43,251 nucleotides of DNA from the NCBI GenBank assembly GCA_000708835.1, contig DF237628.1, positions 2,886-46,136 on the forward strand, read 5' to 3'. Source of the stretch: Klebsormidium nitens. Its lineage: Eukaryota > Plantae > Klebsormidiophyceae. A program made the translations under genes and the position numbers. This document shows positions 24,469 to 36,186 of this stretch, piece by piece (the stretch's first letter is position 1; each line of letters opens with the position of its first letter). Under the pieces are notes generated by a model that saw only the letters and a list, made by a program, of their open reading frames with translations, had not been told where the DNA came from and ran no database searches.

Positions 24469-27400
24469 ATGGCGTCTGGTCAAGGCAAGCAGCAAGGGGG
24501 GACCCTGCCGTGGCAGAAGAATAAGGATAAGGACAGGGGCAACAGGCCACTGTTCACAGGCGGGCAGAGTGCTGAAAACCAACGGGTGTCTGCCGGAGTT
24601 CCATCCATTAGCTCTCATCAAAGACCTCGGTCCTCGGTGTTTCCTCCAAACTCAAGCATAAAAGATACACAGCAGACTGAGGTACCCCAGGACATGGGTC
24701 TAGGAAAGGAAGCAACAATGCTGTCTCTAGTGATGGAACCCCTCAACATGGCCGAGTTTCTCACACTGCTTGCAGCCCTAGACCTCTACCCGCAGCCATT
24801 CCCAGAGCGTAGCAACTACATTGCTGACATAATCAACAACGAGAGGGCAGCCCTGTCTGCTAAGGTCACGTCAATCGAAGTAAGCTCTATCATTGAGAAG
24901 ATCAGGCTGCATGATGCAGCTCCAGAACATGCAGGGAACACAATCCGGCACCACTTCCCTGCTGCTTTCACTGCTAAGAGCCTGAATCTGCTGCATGTGG
25001 TTATGCCCAGCGTCACCAAGTGCTTCAGCTGTGCTGACGAGCCAGATCTAGCATGGGTGGCACGGCCAATAAGCCCTTTGTTCTTTCCATACGAAGGAGA
25101 ACCAAGGCAAGGCAAAGTGTTTCGGAAGTTCTGTCCCAAATGTGGCGCAGTATATCATCTGAATTTCTTCTGCCCACAAGGCTTGAGTGGGCCCGCTGTG
25201 CCGTATCCTAAAGAGCAAGACTGTGAGCAGTGGTTCCAGCAGTCGCGAGAAACCGTGATCTCGAGGAAACTTCTTGAGGCCCACGACTACAACCTGTGAG
25301 CCCACCAGCCCTTCAGTCCCCTTCTCGTGTTGATACAGTTTGCAAAAAGGCTGCAGAATCTTCTGTCTCTTATTTCCAGGTGTGGCGACCACCGCTCGTC
25401 AGATCCATTGTTTCTCATGCACATTTGCAACGGTCATCAATTCGATTGGTTCTGCTACCAATGATCTAGCCAGTGCTCTTTCTTTCCAAGAGCACAACAG
25501 CGCACTCACTCATTTCCCACATCCGTCCAGGTACTGAAATCAGGCAAGCTTTCTCGGAGCTGTCCGCACACACAACTCAACTGAACAGCTTCAGCGCCAC
25601 TCTGGCTACGCCCATCTAGCTCATACGCCGCTCGTCGCTCGAAGGTCAATTCGTGGAGAGCTGAATCGCGATCGGTTTGAAGAAGCCTACCTGCGTCATT
25701 GGGCGATCAGATTTGCGCAACAGATTGGTCTTAAGTTGCTGAATCAACTTGATCTTAGAAAGTCTACCAACGATCTGATTGCCCAGGTCAAAGACAACGC
25801 TTGGGAGCACCTTAGGCGTGAGGCGCACGAGCACGCGCAGGCAGGCTGCTCTAACCCAATGTGCTCGCGATACATACACGTAGACGGACAGGCTAAGTGT
25901 GTCCGAGCTGTGTGTGCCGAGAAATCTGTAGAGCAATTCACGACGGCAATAGGGAGGGTTGTCAAGGGCTGCACGCATACGCCCCTCCCCCGCAAAAAGT
26001 TTTGCAAGCTCCACATGCCGCAGGCATCACAAGCAGAGGCAGCGTCAGAAGCAGTAGGCGAAGAGGCAGAAGAAGAGTTAGGATTAGTAGAGCCAGATGA
26101 AGAAGAGCCCGAAACTGAATGCTCAAAAACTGACGTGTACGAAGACATCAGCGGTGATCTCGACGAAGAGGTGGTCTTCATCTCTGAATCTAGATCCAGA
26201 CCCCCTGAGCTAGAGAACCCTCAATCAAAAAAGCAGAAACAAGTTGAAGTGCAGGACCCAATAGCTCGGATTGCAGATGCACCTTGGTCACTCCGCACAA
26301 GGCGGGGGCAGGCACGTGTTGAGGACGAGAATGTGTACAACGTGGAGCGCGTCATCAAGAGCAGGATCAGGAATGGGGTAAGAAGGCCAGATCAGAAATA
26401 GGGATGCCAACTTTGTAAACCTCTTGCGAATCAAGTGCTCTCGCAACCAAAGCAGTCAGTACCTTTTTTGCTTCTGCCTAGGTACCCTGCCTCTTTTCCT
26501 CTTATGCCTCTGATTCTCTTCATCGCCCGCAATCTGTTTGAGATTCTTTGAGGGACCCCCTCATACCCCTCTTTACGCATTTTCCCTCATGGTTTATCCG
26601 CAGAAGGAAGAGTTCTGGACGAAATGGGAAGGGGAAAGTGTGTGCACATGGGAGACGGAAGAAAACCTCACTTGCTTTGGGTCTGAGTGTGTAGAAGACT
26701 ACAGAAGAGCTCAGCTTCCAGGTGCGTGGCTGTGTGCTGAATCTGACTGTTGCTGAGCGCTTCATCTTCAAAACTTATACCCTGTGCAACAGACTTGGCT
26801 CAGGCATATGCGCTAGAACCCGGCATCTTGCATCTTCATGAGAAAGAGCAGTGAGCATCAGACTGTCGAGAGCAAAGGAAAGCTGCTTTCTGAAAACTCT
26901 TCTCTCCCCACTACAGGAAACTTCTACGAAGCAGACCGCACGGATCTGCAGCCAGATGATGCAGAGCAGGGAGATGACAAGACGCAAAGAGTCAAGGCCC
27001 AGTCCTGCTCCCCGCGCACGTATGCTGAGCTTGGGAAAGGACGCACTGCAGGCTCTCTTTGGGCTTTCCGTGCGTGCGGGTACAGCTTCCCGCCAAACGA
27101 AACTGTCCTTTGTGAATCATCTACACAGGTGAGCCATACTTGCCCATTCGCTCCGGTGCTGTAGTTGCTATGCTTACATCAGCTGTGTGAAGACTTGTCA
27201 TATCGACCTTCACACTTCCACCGTCTCGCACTGTCTTCCAGCATCGTAACAGCAAGCAATTGAAAGTAGATCAACAATGGGTCATCAGTTCAATGCAATG
27301 TCCTTTCTGGCGCCACCTGACATCAAGAAGCCTCATTGCAGGTTTGGCACTACCTCTGTGAGCTCTTCCGCGATACCGACTTCCCCGAGTTCGTTGGCTT

Positions 27401-28056
27401 TGATGACATGTGTCATCTTGCGCGGTTCATACTCTCCGGGGAGAGGACCGCTGTTTGCCCCAAAGCGGCGGAGTTCGCAAGGGTCAAAGCAGTGGGTAAG
27501 TAGCACCCTAGGAGCAGTGCAACTCTGATTCGGCAAATGCTCAATACGCTAGGATCCCAACAGTGCATCGCTTGCATGGGCATCGCTTGTAGAGGAACAT
27601 AGGCTGTTCGAAAACCCTAACAGCAGGAGGCATTCCATGTTGCAGTCGACAAATTCCACTTCGACAAGAACCACGTGGGGAAGTGGTGCAAGGAGCACGT
27701 GAACCCGCACCACCATCCAGAGCTCACGAAAGCAAACATGAGCATCTGTGAGCAGCGTTTCAGCTGGTTCGGGAAGTACAAGCACATACTCAGGTAAGAG
27801 TCTGCGAAGCGAGCGCAGAGAGTCATTGACAGAATTAAGGACACGTCTGTGATCAGCACAGCTACTTCTGTCCTGAAGCACCTTGTCTTGAAGTACAGAG
27901 GAAATGCACGACCAACTGCAACCTCCTAGAACCTTCTTATGCAGGAAGATGAACGAGCACCGGTTCCACTTCCTGCTCCTGATTCTGTGCCAGATTGACC
28001 ACATCCAGCGGGACCGCGACCTAGCGCTGCGACGTGCAGCAATCTTATCAGCTTAG
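24469..28056 (+). CDS. Multi-exon KDZ transposase with CxC clusters and an inserted chromodomain
   Basis: CxC5-like KCFSC...FCPKCGAVYHLNFF; HVDGQAKCVRAVC (first Asp); CTHTP...FCKLH; chromodomain YNVERVIKSRIRNG|KEEFWTKWEGESVCTWETEENL; RTAG...ACG...ESSTQV; VGFDDMCHL (second Asp); VDKFHFDKNH...WC; NMSICEQRFSWF (Glu); final exon KMNEHRFHFLL to the stop at 28056. GT-AG junctions are consistent where checked. Confidence 0.9.
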
Positions 28057-28117
28057 ATAACTTCTATATCAGGCGAGGACTCAGAAACTCCGTGCTTCTC
28101 AGGAACCAGCTTCTTCG

Positions 28118-30604
28118 TTGGCGTTGAAAGGAGCACCCCTGCAAGCAGTCAATCTGAAGCTGAGTCAGAAATCTCAAAGTGCAGCAACAGCTAAGAATCC
28201 TTGCCAGATTGCCTTCTCAAAGAATTCTTCATGTCCTTGCAGATCAGCAGCACCAAGGATTCAACAGAATTGCTTTTGCAACAACGGCTTAGAAGGTGAG
28301 CTCACACTTCATTCCTCATGTGGTCCACCCTGCTCGGTAGGTAGTCTTGGAAGGTAAGCTGGTTGCAGCCGGTTGCAAAGAGTCAGGTACTCGGACGGGC
28401 AGCTGGGGATGATCTTGCGGAAGAGGTCGTTTGGACGAACCATGCCCGGAAGGGTGCCAGCCTCTGTAGACCCGAAGAAGTGTGTGTCGTCGTCATCGTG
28501 AGAAGAAAGGTGATCCCAGAGGCGGATGATGTCCTGCTTCTTGCCAAACGTCTTCTTGCTCACGACCGCAGTGATGTTGATGACCTCGTCCTTGAAGGTC
28601 TGGAAGAAGCGCTTGATGCAGAGCTGCTCTTCGCTCTGCAGAAGATTCGAAATAGGCAATCAGCGAGTTTGCAGATTTGAGTTTGCCTCAGATGCTTCAG
28701 TACATTTGTGGAATTCTTGCTAAAGGTTTTCCCCTGTTCTCGCAGATAAGTGACTTACCAAGACATCCCCTGAATTGAGCCGCCCTCGCCTGGACCCGTC
28801 GTCGTCCCCACTGTCCTCATCCAGGTCAGGAAGTTCCCACTCCCAGAACTCATTGCAGAATCGGATCATGCTCTCGTCACCCTCGAACAGAACACGCTGC
28901 TTCAGCACCAGCTGCGAAATCTTGATTGCACAGTCCATGGCCTCGCTGCTGATTTCAAGCATCTCGTCTCTAGGGTCGAGCGAGTCGCCGGTTTCTGGAT
29001 TCTCAGCCTCCTTGAGCATGACGACAAGGATGTGCAGAGCAGCTGCGATCTGGAGAGCTTCTCCTTTCACTTTACCGAAGACTCCTGCACGTTAAACATA
29101 AGCAGCAGGGTCAAGAAAACCACCGTTAACCTCAGGATATGAACCCCTCGTTTCTTCTGATCTGACCCCTTACTTAGCGATCAAGATTCTGCGCTGCTTT
29201 TGTCTTGGTCCTTACCTGCTTTCGAGAACATGGAGTTGCTCGCTAACTCCGCGAGAAAGTCCTGGACTTTGTCGAAGAAGCTGGCGTGCATCTTGTAGGC
29301 TTCACCACGCACCACAAAGGCGCGTTTCAGAGCTGCTCCGGTATCAATGTTGTGCGCAAAGTCAAATATGAAGAGGAATACCTGGAGAGACCACATGACA
29401 ATGCCTTTGTTTGACCTGCACTTTATCTTTGTTTCAAATCAAAAGCAAACACGAAGTTCCAGGTCATTAGATTCGTCAACAGTCATGCGTGTCGAAGTAA
29501 ATTCGTACCTTCATGAGCAAGTCATCGAAGTCGGTGATGGTCTTTCTCCAATCGTCGCCGCTGATTTTGAGTTTGTCTGCAGGATAACCATATGAATACG
29601 TCAACTTCAAGCTCCTCCAATATTGCGTTGCACTTTTGGACATCTCAATCAAGATACTTCCTGCTCGATGGACAGGCAGTCTTTCGAAAACAAAGAGCGA
29701 GGTGAGAAACGTCTTACCTAAGTGCTCAAACACGCCAGGAATGAACGTGATCAAGAACCGGTTTAGCAAACCGTCCTTCGGAGTCTTGAAGAGCTCGACA
29801 CTGAGCGGCTGAGGCTGCATGTAGCCCGAAGGGATGAAGTGCGTAAAAGGAATGCTTGAATTTGGTCGGCCAACAGTCTCCCTGTCCCATGACGAACCCC
29901 CCTTCAGTGAGAGTATCTGCGTTCGGTCTCCTTCTCCCTTCTTGTAACCGTCCATCCAGGCGAAGAAGTAGCCGAATTCCTCAAGAAACATCATTCGGGC
30001 ATGGTTGACGTCATGTTTCAGCTCCTGGAATAACGCCTCCAGAGTCGCCTGTAAACGAGTTACAATATTTCAGAGAATTGCGTGGGACATTTTCCTGATG
30101 CGAGATGATCAATTCTAGAATTGGCAACCAGTGGAGTTGCAACGAAGGACAGCAATAAATGATCGGACAGAAATGGCTGGAACTCACACTTTTAGCAAAG
30201 AAACTGAATGGTTTGATTTCTTCGTCCTCGTCCTTGTCCTCAAGAGCTTTCGTTTTGATCCTCTCGTTGATCTTCGTTTCGACTGCAGTAGCAATCTGCT
30301 TCAGCTTCTTGAACGCAGGAGTCTTTCCGATGGCGCTGTACGCTACAATGATACACCACAGGAGCAGGCGCTCCTCCCATTCGTGTCCCTCAACTTCGAC
30401 AGTGGCATGCGGACCAAGCAAAAGACAGGTGAGGCTCAAGATTGGCAAGAACAGATGCCAGGATGACAGACTCGCACGGCGGCAGAAAGACTCGCACAGC
30501 GCATAGAGTTTCTCAGGCACACACTCCTTCAGCGCCTCTTCTGTTGCAACGGAACTTGCTTGTCGCATCGCCTTATCAACCGCGGCGTCCGAGGTCCTCG
30601 CCAT
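28118..30604 (-). CDS. Multi-exon DUF3987 (YfjI-like) P-loop NTPase/helicase
   Basis: LLWCIIVAYSAIGKT (Walker A variant), MFLEEF (Walker B), DRTQILSL.GGSSWDRET, GYMQP and DGLLNRFL match the DUF3987 signature. The 3' end is approximate. Confidence 0.75.
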
Positions 30605-30960
30605 GTTGCAAGCCACAAAGAAGCCGTTCAAAACAGTGAAAGCGATTCTCGAAATGACAAAATCTGCAAGTCAGGCTCCCCTTTTGTACCCAGGACTCGG
30701 TTGCCAGTCTTCCTTGGCAGTCTGGCTTTAACAACACTAGTCAGACTGCTTTCGACGAACAGCGTGTTTCGAACCTGGAATTCCATCGAAATCGAATCGG
30801 GAATGAACATCGGCATCGACATCGAATGGCAGGATTCAGCTGAACGCAAAGCTTTGCAAGTCAAGTCTGGTTGGTTGAGGCTTGAAGAATCAAAGTAGGT
30901 TTGATCCGCGTCAATTGTTCTTCGCAGAAGGATTGTAAAACAGCAACAATCTCAGCGCCA

Positions 30961-33900
30961 ATGGCGCAAACAGGCGCTGTGCGCAAATCCTTCTGGATGA
31001 GATTTCCAAGGCAGGCCGCAATGCTCAAAGCATGGGAAAAGTGCGGACACGATAACGCCAAGCCGTTTGCATCACAGGATCACCAAACGGGAACATACAG
31101 CTATATTCTCACCACGTACGACGAGATCTGGGCCAGGGCCCTCGGTCGATACTTCCCGACAGGCACAAGGCACCTGTATGAGCTCATCCACGAGGTAAGA
31201 ATGCTCTAACGAATAGGCTTCTGACACGTGTCTTTCCAATCTTGAAAATACCAGAAACTTACGTTATTTACGTACTTGTGCAGGGCTCCTCTGTTCATCT
31301 GTACATCGACTTCGAGTTCGACCCCACCCTAAATCCCAACCGGAATCCGGATGCTATGGTCGATGCTCTGCTAGAGGTGATCGCCAGGCTACTATACGAC
31401 ACATACGATGCACAGATTGACGAGGGGGGGATCGTCGAGTTAGACGCATCCTGGTCAGGTGAGATGCTAATAACCAAAAGTCTCGTTTTTCTTGTCTTGT
31501 ATGTTCTAAAGCTGCCAGACTATCAGGGTTCGAGGAGTCTCGTGTTTCGTCCTGCTATCGGATCATTTGCTCCCTTCCTTTTAATGCCAGCAGACAGACT
31601 TTTGGAACAAGGACTGTACTCTTGCTTTCTAGTCTGCTCAGGTGCTTTATTAGGGTTCTAAGGGCTGGATGTGTGTTCTTGTACTACACTCAAACATTTT
31701 CTGCATATTCTGCATTCTCTGCACTCTGATCGAATGCTTTCATTCATTTCCTTGCAGTCAGAAGTGAAATTGCATGTCTTCTGAAACGGTCTTGACCATC
31801 AGGGTTCGAAATGGCCATGTCTTTCTGTTTCTTGAATGCCGGCAGACGGTCTCCTGGTACAAAATCTGTACTCTCTCTTTTAAGCGTTTTCGTGCGCACT
31901 ATCAGGGTTCGAGGTGTCGTGTTTGTCATACTCTGCTACACTCACAAATTGAGCGTTCAGTCATTTCTTTGCAGCACAGCAGAGAAGTTACCTGTCTGTT
32001 ACCTTTCGCTTATGTTCTAAAGCTGCCAGAATATCAGGGTTCGAGGGGTCTCGTGTTTCTTCCTACTAACAGATCCTTTGCTCTCCCTTCAATACCAGCA
32101 GACAGACTTCTTCAACAAAGACAGTACTCTCGCTTTCCAATCTGCGCTCGTGCATTATCAGGATTCTAGGGGCTGAATGTGTGTTGCTGTCACTACACTA
32201 ACACAATCTCTACATATTCTGCCTTTTCTGCACTCTGAATGCATTCATACATTTCGTTGCAGTCAAAATTGAACTTGCATGTCCCCTGCTCTTCTTCCAA
32301 AGCTGCCTGACCATCAGGGTTCCAAATGGCCATGTCTTTCTGTTTCTTGAATGCCGGCAGCCGGTCTTCTGGTACAAAATCTGTACTCTCTCTTTTAGGT
32401 ATTTTCTTGCGCACTATCAGGGTTCGAGGGGTTGTGTGTGTGCTGCTGCGCTGCGCCCCACGGATTGAACATTCATTTATTTCCTTGCAGGAAAGATCTC
32501 GAGGCACATTGTGGTACATCTAAAAGACTGCGTGTTTTCCGACAACTCCTATCATCTGAAATGGTTCATGAACAAGAAGGTGAGATCGCCACAATGAAGT
32601 CACATCTCAAGATGTTACTTTCTAAACGGTTTCCTGGACAGATACCGTTGCCTTTTTCTACAGAAAAGCGCAATATCAGGTGAACATATATGCTTGTGTC
32701 ACGTGCTCGCAGGTCGTTGATTACATTCTCAGCAAGCGCGACAGCGACGAGCTGTGCACAATCCTGTTCGTCAACAAACGGAACGGAGACACATCGTACA
32801 CTGGCTTGTGCTTTGACACAGCCGTATACAGCCGCAACCGCCTCTTTCGCCTTGTATACTCGACGAAGCACAATCGGTCTGAACAATTCATTCCGACTCA
32901 CCGACGCAGGCCTTCACAGGTGATCACAGGGCTCGATGCACCCCAAAACTCAAAGATTCTTACATTCACATATCTTCGAGCAAGGCTTGTCCAGATCCTG
33001 GCCGCTTGTACATGCTGACAACCAGCTCACTGTCCTCTCTCTTTCCATACAGGGCCCGATGGAAGATTTTTTCGCCACACTCGTCTGCAATACAAACGAT
33101 GAAGCACGCCAGCTGGAGTGCCCTCGGATGGTAAGCGAAGCATCTGCCGCTTGCAGCACAAATCTTACATCCTCCTTCGCTTCTAGGTTCAATTCTGTCA
33201 GCGTCAACCCCATAAACCGTCCAGTACTTTCTGAATCCCACTCCGGGGGTGTGCGTGCGGTGGTTCGTGAATACATTCACTTGTTAAATTGCAGGCCCTC
33301 CCCTTCCGTTCTCCTAGCTCGAGACCCAACTACCAGCACGAAGATTCAACGGCAACTTACAGGGAGCTCTCAGAGTACGTCAAGGCCGTTGCTTCACAGA
33401 ACGGTCGACAGGGTGAGCATTGATAACGTGACTCATAGATTGACATACAGCCAGTCTCTCAGCTTGCAGCTCTGAATTGAAGAACAATCGGTTTTAGGGT
33501 TTCAGAACTAGAAACCCTAAAACCCTAAATGGAACATTCGGTTGCTCAAGGGTTCTCCGCTTACGAAAACTCGTTAAGATTTGGTGTTGAGATTTCTCTG
33601 CCATTCTGGAGTCCGGACATCAATCTTCCCAACATCAAGCTCATTTCGCTCTGTCTTGATTGCAGCCTGCATACGCGACATGAAAGTGTGAAGATTTCTC
33701 TGCCAATCTGGAGTCCGCACATGATCAATCTTCCGCAACATCAAGCTCATTTCGTTCTGTCTTAACTGCAGCCTTCATACGCGCCATGAAAGTGTACAAC
33801 GGGATCATCTCCTACGAGATTGCCGGCAACCACTATTGCGCCAACATCGGACGTGAACATACCAGGAATAACGGTGAGCCAATTCTCACAAGCCTCTTCT

Positions 33901-34367
33901 CTTAAAAGCCTTCATAGCACACTGTCCTGGGACGCTTTGGCATTCGTGTTGTAAGCAGCATCAAACGCTGTTCCTTAAGAACTTCAGCAACCGATTAGTC
34001 AGACAGCCCCTCTGTTTGCAGTGTACTATGTGGCGGACCTGCGCAGCGAAGAGTGCACCCTAACACAAAAGTGTCACGACTCTTACAGCTGCGACGGTGA
34101 GACAAACCGGCTCATGACTCGATATTTACCAGCAGCAAATCGATGATTCCCGGATCGATCAGCGTCGCTGCAAGCTCTAGAACTCTGAAGTTGTCAAAAG
34201 CGTAAATGCGGAAACGTGCAAGTCCTGCCTGAAGTTCGTTCTTGCTTTCAGGTTACCGGTCACCACCGCTACACATCCCCCACGCCATCGCGAAAGTTAC
34301 AAGAGAGCATCTCCAGAAAGCAAACGACGGTGCGTATGCGGGCCTGCTCTTCGTTTTCGAGGGCTGA
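30961..34367 (+). CDS. PRIMPOL: Multi-exon PRIMPOL-like primase-polymerase carried by the transposon
   Basis: RHLYELIHE|GSSVHLYIDFEF (motif I DxE), KISRH (motif II SxH), FDTAVYSRNRLFRL (motif III) and FFATLVCN. UL52-type Zn finger YCANIGREHTRNN|VYYVADL...QKCHDSYSCD|GYRSPPLHIP. Exons were read across GT-AG junctions. It may not be the host ortholog. Confidence 0.88.
31499..32490. repeat. Tandem duplication (period about 512 bp) inside PRIMPOL intron 2, with nested ATCAGGGTTC repeats
   Basis: TATGTTCTAAAGCTGCCAGA occurs at about 31500 and 32012. GGCCATGTCTTTCTGTTTCTTGAATGCCGGCAG occurs twice. ATCAGGGTTC occurs six times. Confidence 0.85.
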
Positions 34368-34744
34368 CACTGCTATCGTAACCACGCGGGCCTTCAATTG
34401 GCCAGCTTCAGTGAAGCTGCTGATTGTTCTGTCCATGCTTGCTGCCTTACTCATGCAACGTATCCCCTGCAAAAATGTGTCGGATCAGTAAGAAAGCAAT
34501 CTTTCACTGCAGGTCATGACGCTGGCGAAAGCCAGTCAGGCGACGACCAATGGGACTCAGAGTTTTCGAGTCTTGCTGTTGCTCTACTGGACAGGGTGTC
34601 AAAAAGAGTTTCTAGATCAGCCAACAGTCCGCAGCTGCCAAATTTGTTTGCAGCAATGGACGTGTAAGGGAGAGACGCATCTTGTATAGATTTGCTCTCG
34701 TGAGTAGAAAATGGCAAAACATGGTGTCCAGTATTCACAATCGG

Positions 34745-35295
34745 TTCATTCAGGCTTCACGTGAATCCTGAATGAATGAACCCCTAGCTCCACAGAGTAG
34801 GTGGCTCCTGATCTTATCCACGTCGATTTTTGAATAGTGATACGATCATTCAGGTTTGCTTCATTCAGGCTTCACGTGAATCCTGAATGAATGAACCCCT
34901 AGCTCCGCAGAGTAGGTGGCTCCTGATCTTATCCACGTTGATTTTGAATAGTGATACGATCATTCAGGTTCGCTTCATTCAGGCTTCACGTGAATCCTGA
35001 ATGAATGAATCACCGCGTGGGAGTATGACGACAATATTACTAGCCATAGCCGAAAGTGTAGAAACGACCATTCATGTCCCATTCATTCACGATTCATTCA
35101 GGCATCACGTGAATCCCGACTGAATGCCGATTGCATGAATGAATATGCTGTTCATTCACGATTCATTCAGGCATCACGTGAATCCTGAATGCCGATTGCA
35201 TGAAGCAATGAATGACACTGACGTAGAGGTTCAAATTGAAGTGATCCATGTTCAATTCATTCATGAATCGTTCAAAGTTCACCTGAATCCTGAAG
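34745..35295. repeat. Right subterminal palindromic repeats of the KDZ transposon
   Basis: The near-perfect 32-bp palindrome TTCATTCAGGCTTCACGTGAATCCTGAATGAA occurs at 34745, 34860 and 34974 (period about 115 bp), with variant copies from 35090 to 35295. Confidence 0.9.
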
Positions 35296-35354
35296 TGTCA
35301 ATGAACGTTCAGAAACGGAATTCAGAGCAGCCATTAATTAATAGTGGACGATTG

Positions 35355-36186
35355 CATTATCGAGGCGGGAAAAAGATCGGCTGGCTCAGCTTCGAGCCAC
35401 ATCATGGCTCTTCGGGGCGGGCGGCTCGCAGAAACCGATGAATCGGGTGAGAAAGCGGTCTTGAACGAGGCTGCGATGAAAGCTGTATCGGCAAGGGGAA
35501 AAGCCACAGCACGCGAGCTGCAATGCAGACAAGAGACATTCGAGCTTACCGCGAAGCCCGTCCTCAATACCAACTACCGGCCTATTCTTCAGAACGTGTC
35601 CTATTGTGTTACCCGACGCTTGGCACTCCTCCCGATGCTAGTCACTTTTTTACCTCCTCACAAATTCGACCCTGGGAAACCGCGCCAAAAGCTCATTGAC
35701 ACAACACTTGAAACCTATCTGACAAGTGACCAGGGGCGGGACGAAGGTCTTTCTTGGTATACACAGGGGGCGAAACGTTATCATGACCTGAAGCGAGCAA
35801 ATCCAAACACGTTACCACTGATGCGCCGTCCGCGTGTTATGGAGGAAGCTGTCAAAGCATACATCAACGATTCAGACATTGCCACGCGGTTGATCGCTGA
35901 TTGTCTTGAATTCGAAGACATTCAATCCGGAGAAAAAGCAGAATGGCACTTAGCGGTTGGTGAACGGCTTGGAGAAGCCTTTCGAACTTGGTTGAAGGAA
36001 GAAGACCTACACAGCGCGTTGTCGGCAACGCAGCTGAAAAAGCGCATTCTGGAGTATGCTGAGGGGAAAAATCGGATAGTCAAGGACGGGCAATTTACGG
36101 ATAGCCAGGTACAATATCCAGGACAGTTTAAAGGCCTTTCGGGGGTTCGACTAGTGCCTGGCCGCGAGTCCAACGCGTTGGAGTAG
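35355..36186 (+). pseudogene. 3' part of the interrupted D5-like SF3 helicase
   Basis: LRGGRLAETDE (Walker B), ARELQ, PVLNTNYRP (motif C) and TRRLALLP. It is in frame with 19385-21390 after excision, giving a 945-aa product. Confidence 0.9.

Larger units (their letters stand above)
21391..35346 (+). mobile_element. 13,956-bp KDZ (Kyakuja-Dileera-Zisupton) DNA transposon with 8-bp TSD
   Basis: TSD GACGATTG at 21383-21390 and 35347-35354. Removing the insert restores the D5 frame (VVMSDD-CIIEAGK). The imperfect TIRs GAGTACACATTAATGGC and CACTATTAATTAATGGC match at 12/17. The motif CATTCAGGATTCA is repeated in inverted orientation at the two ends. An internal KDZ transposase is present. Confidence 0.92.
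11284..36186. mobile_element. Endogenous virus-like/plasmid-like integrative element (AEP-OBP helicase, MC1, two YR genes, Prim-Pol/D5); ends not defined
   Basis: A compact, largely intronless cluster at 16142-21390 plus 35355-36186 carries genes of NCLDV/PLV-type families next to the AEP-OBP gene. No capsid or DNA polymerase B gene was recognised. Boundaries are core coordinates only. Confidence 0.55.

Noticed and set aside
33590-33800. Tandem duplication of about 105 bp covering a PRIMPOL splice acceptor
   Set aside because: An ordinary local duplication; the second copy provides the acceptor that keeps the frame.
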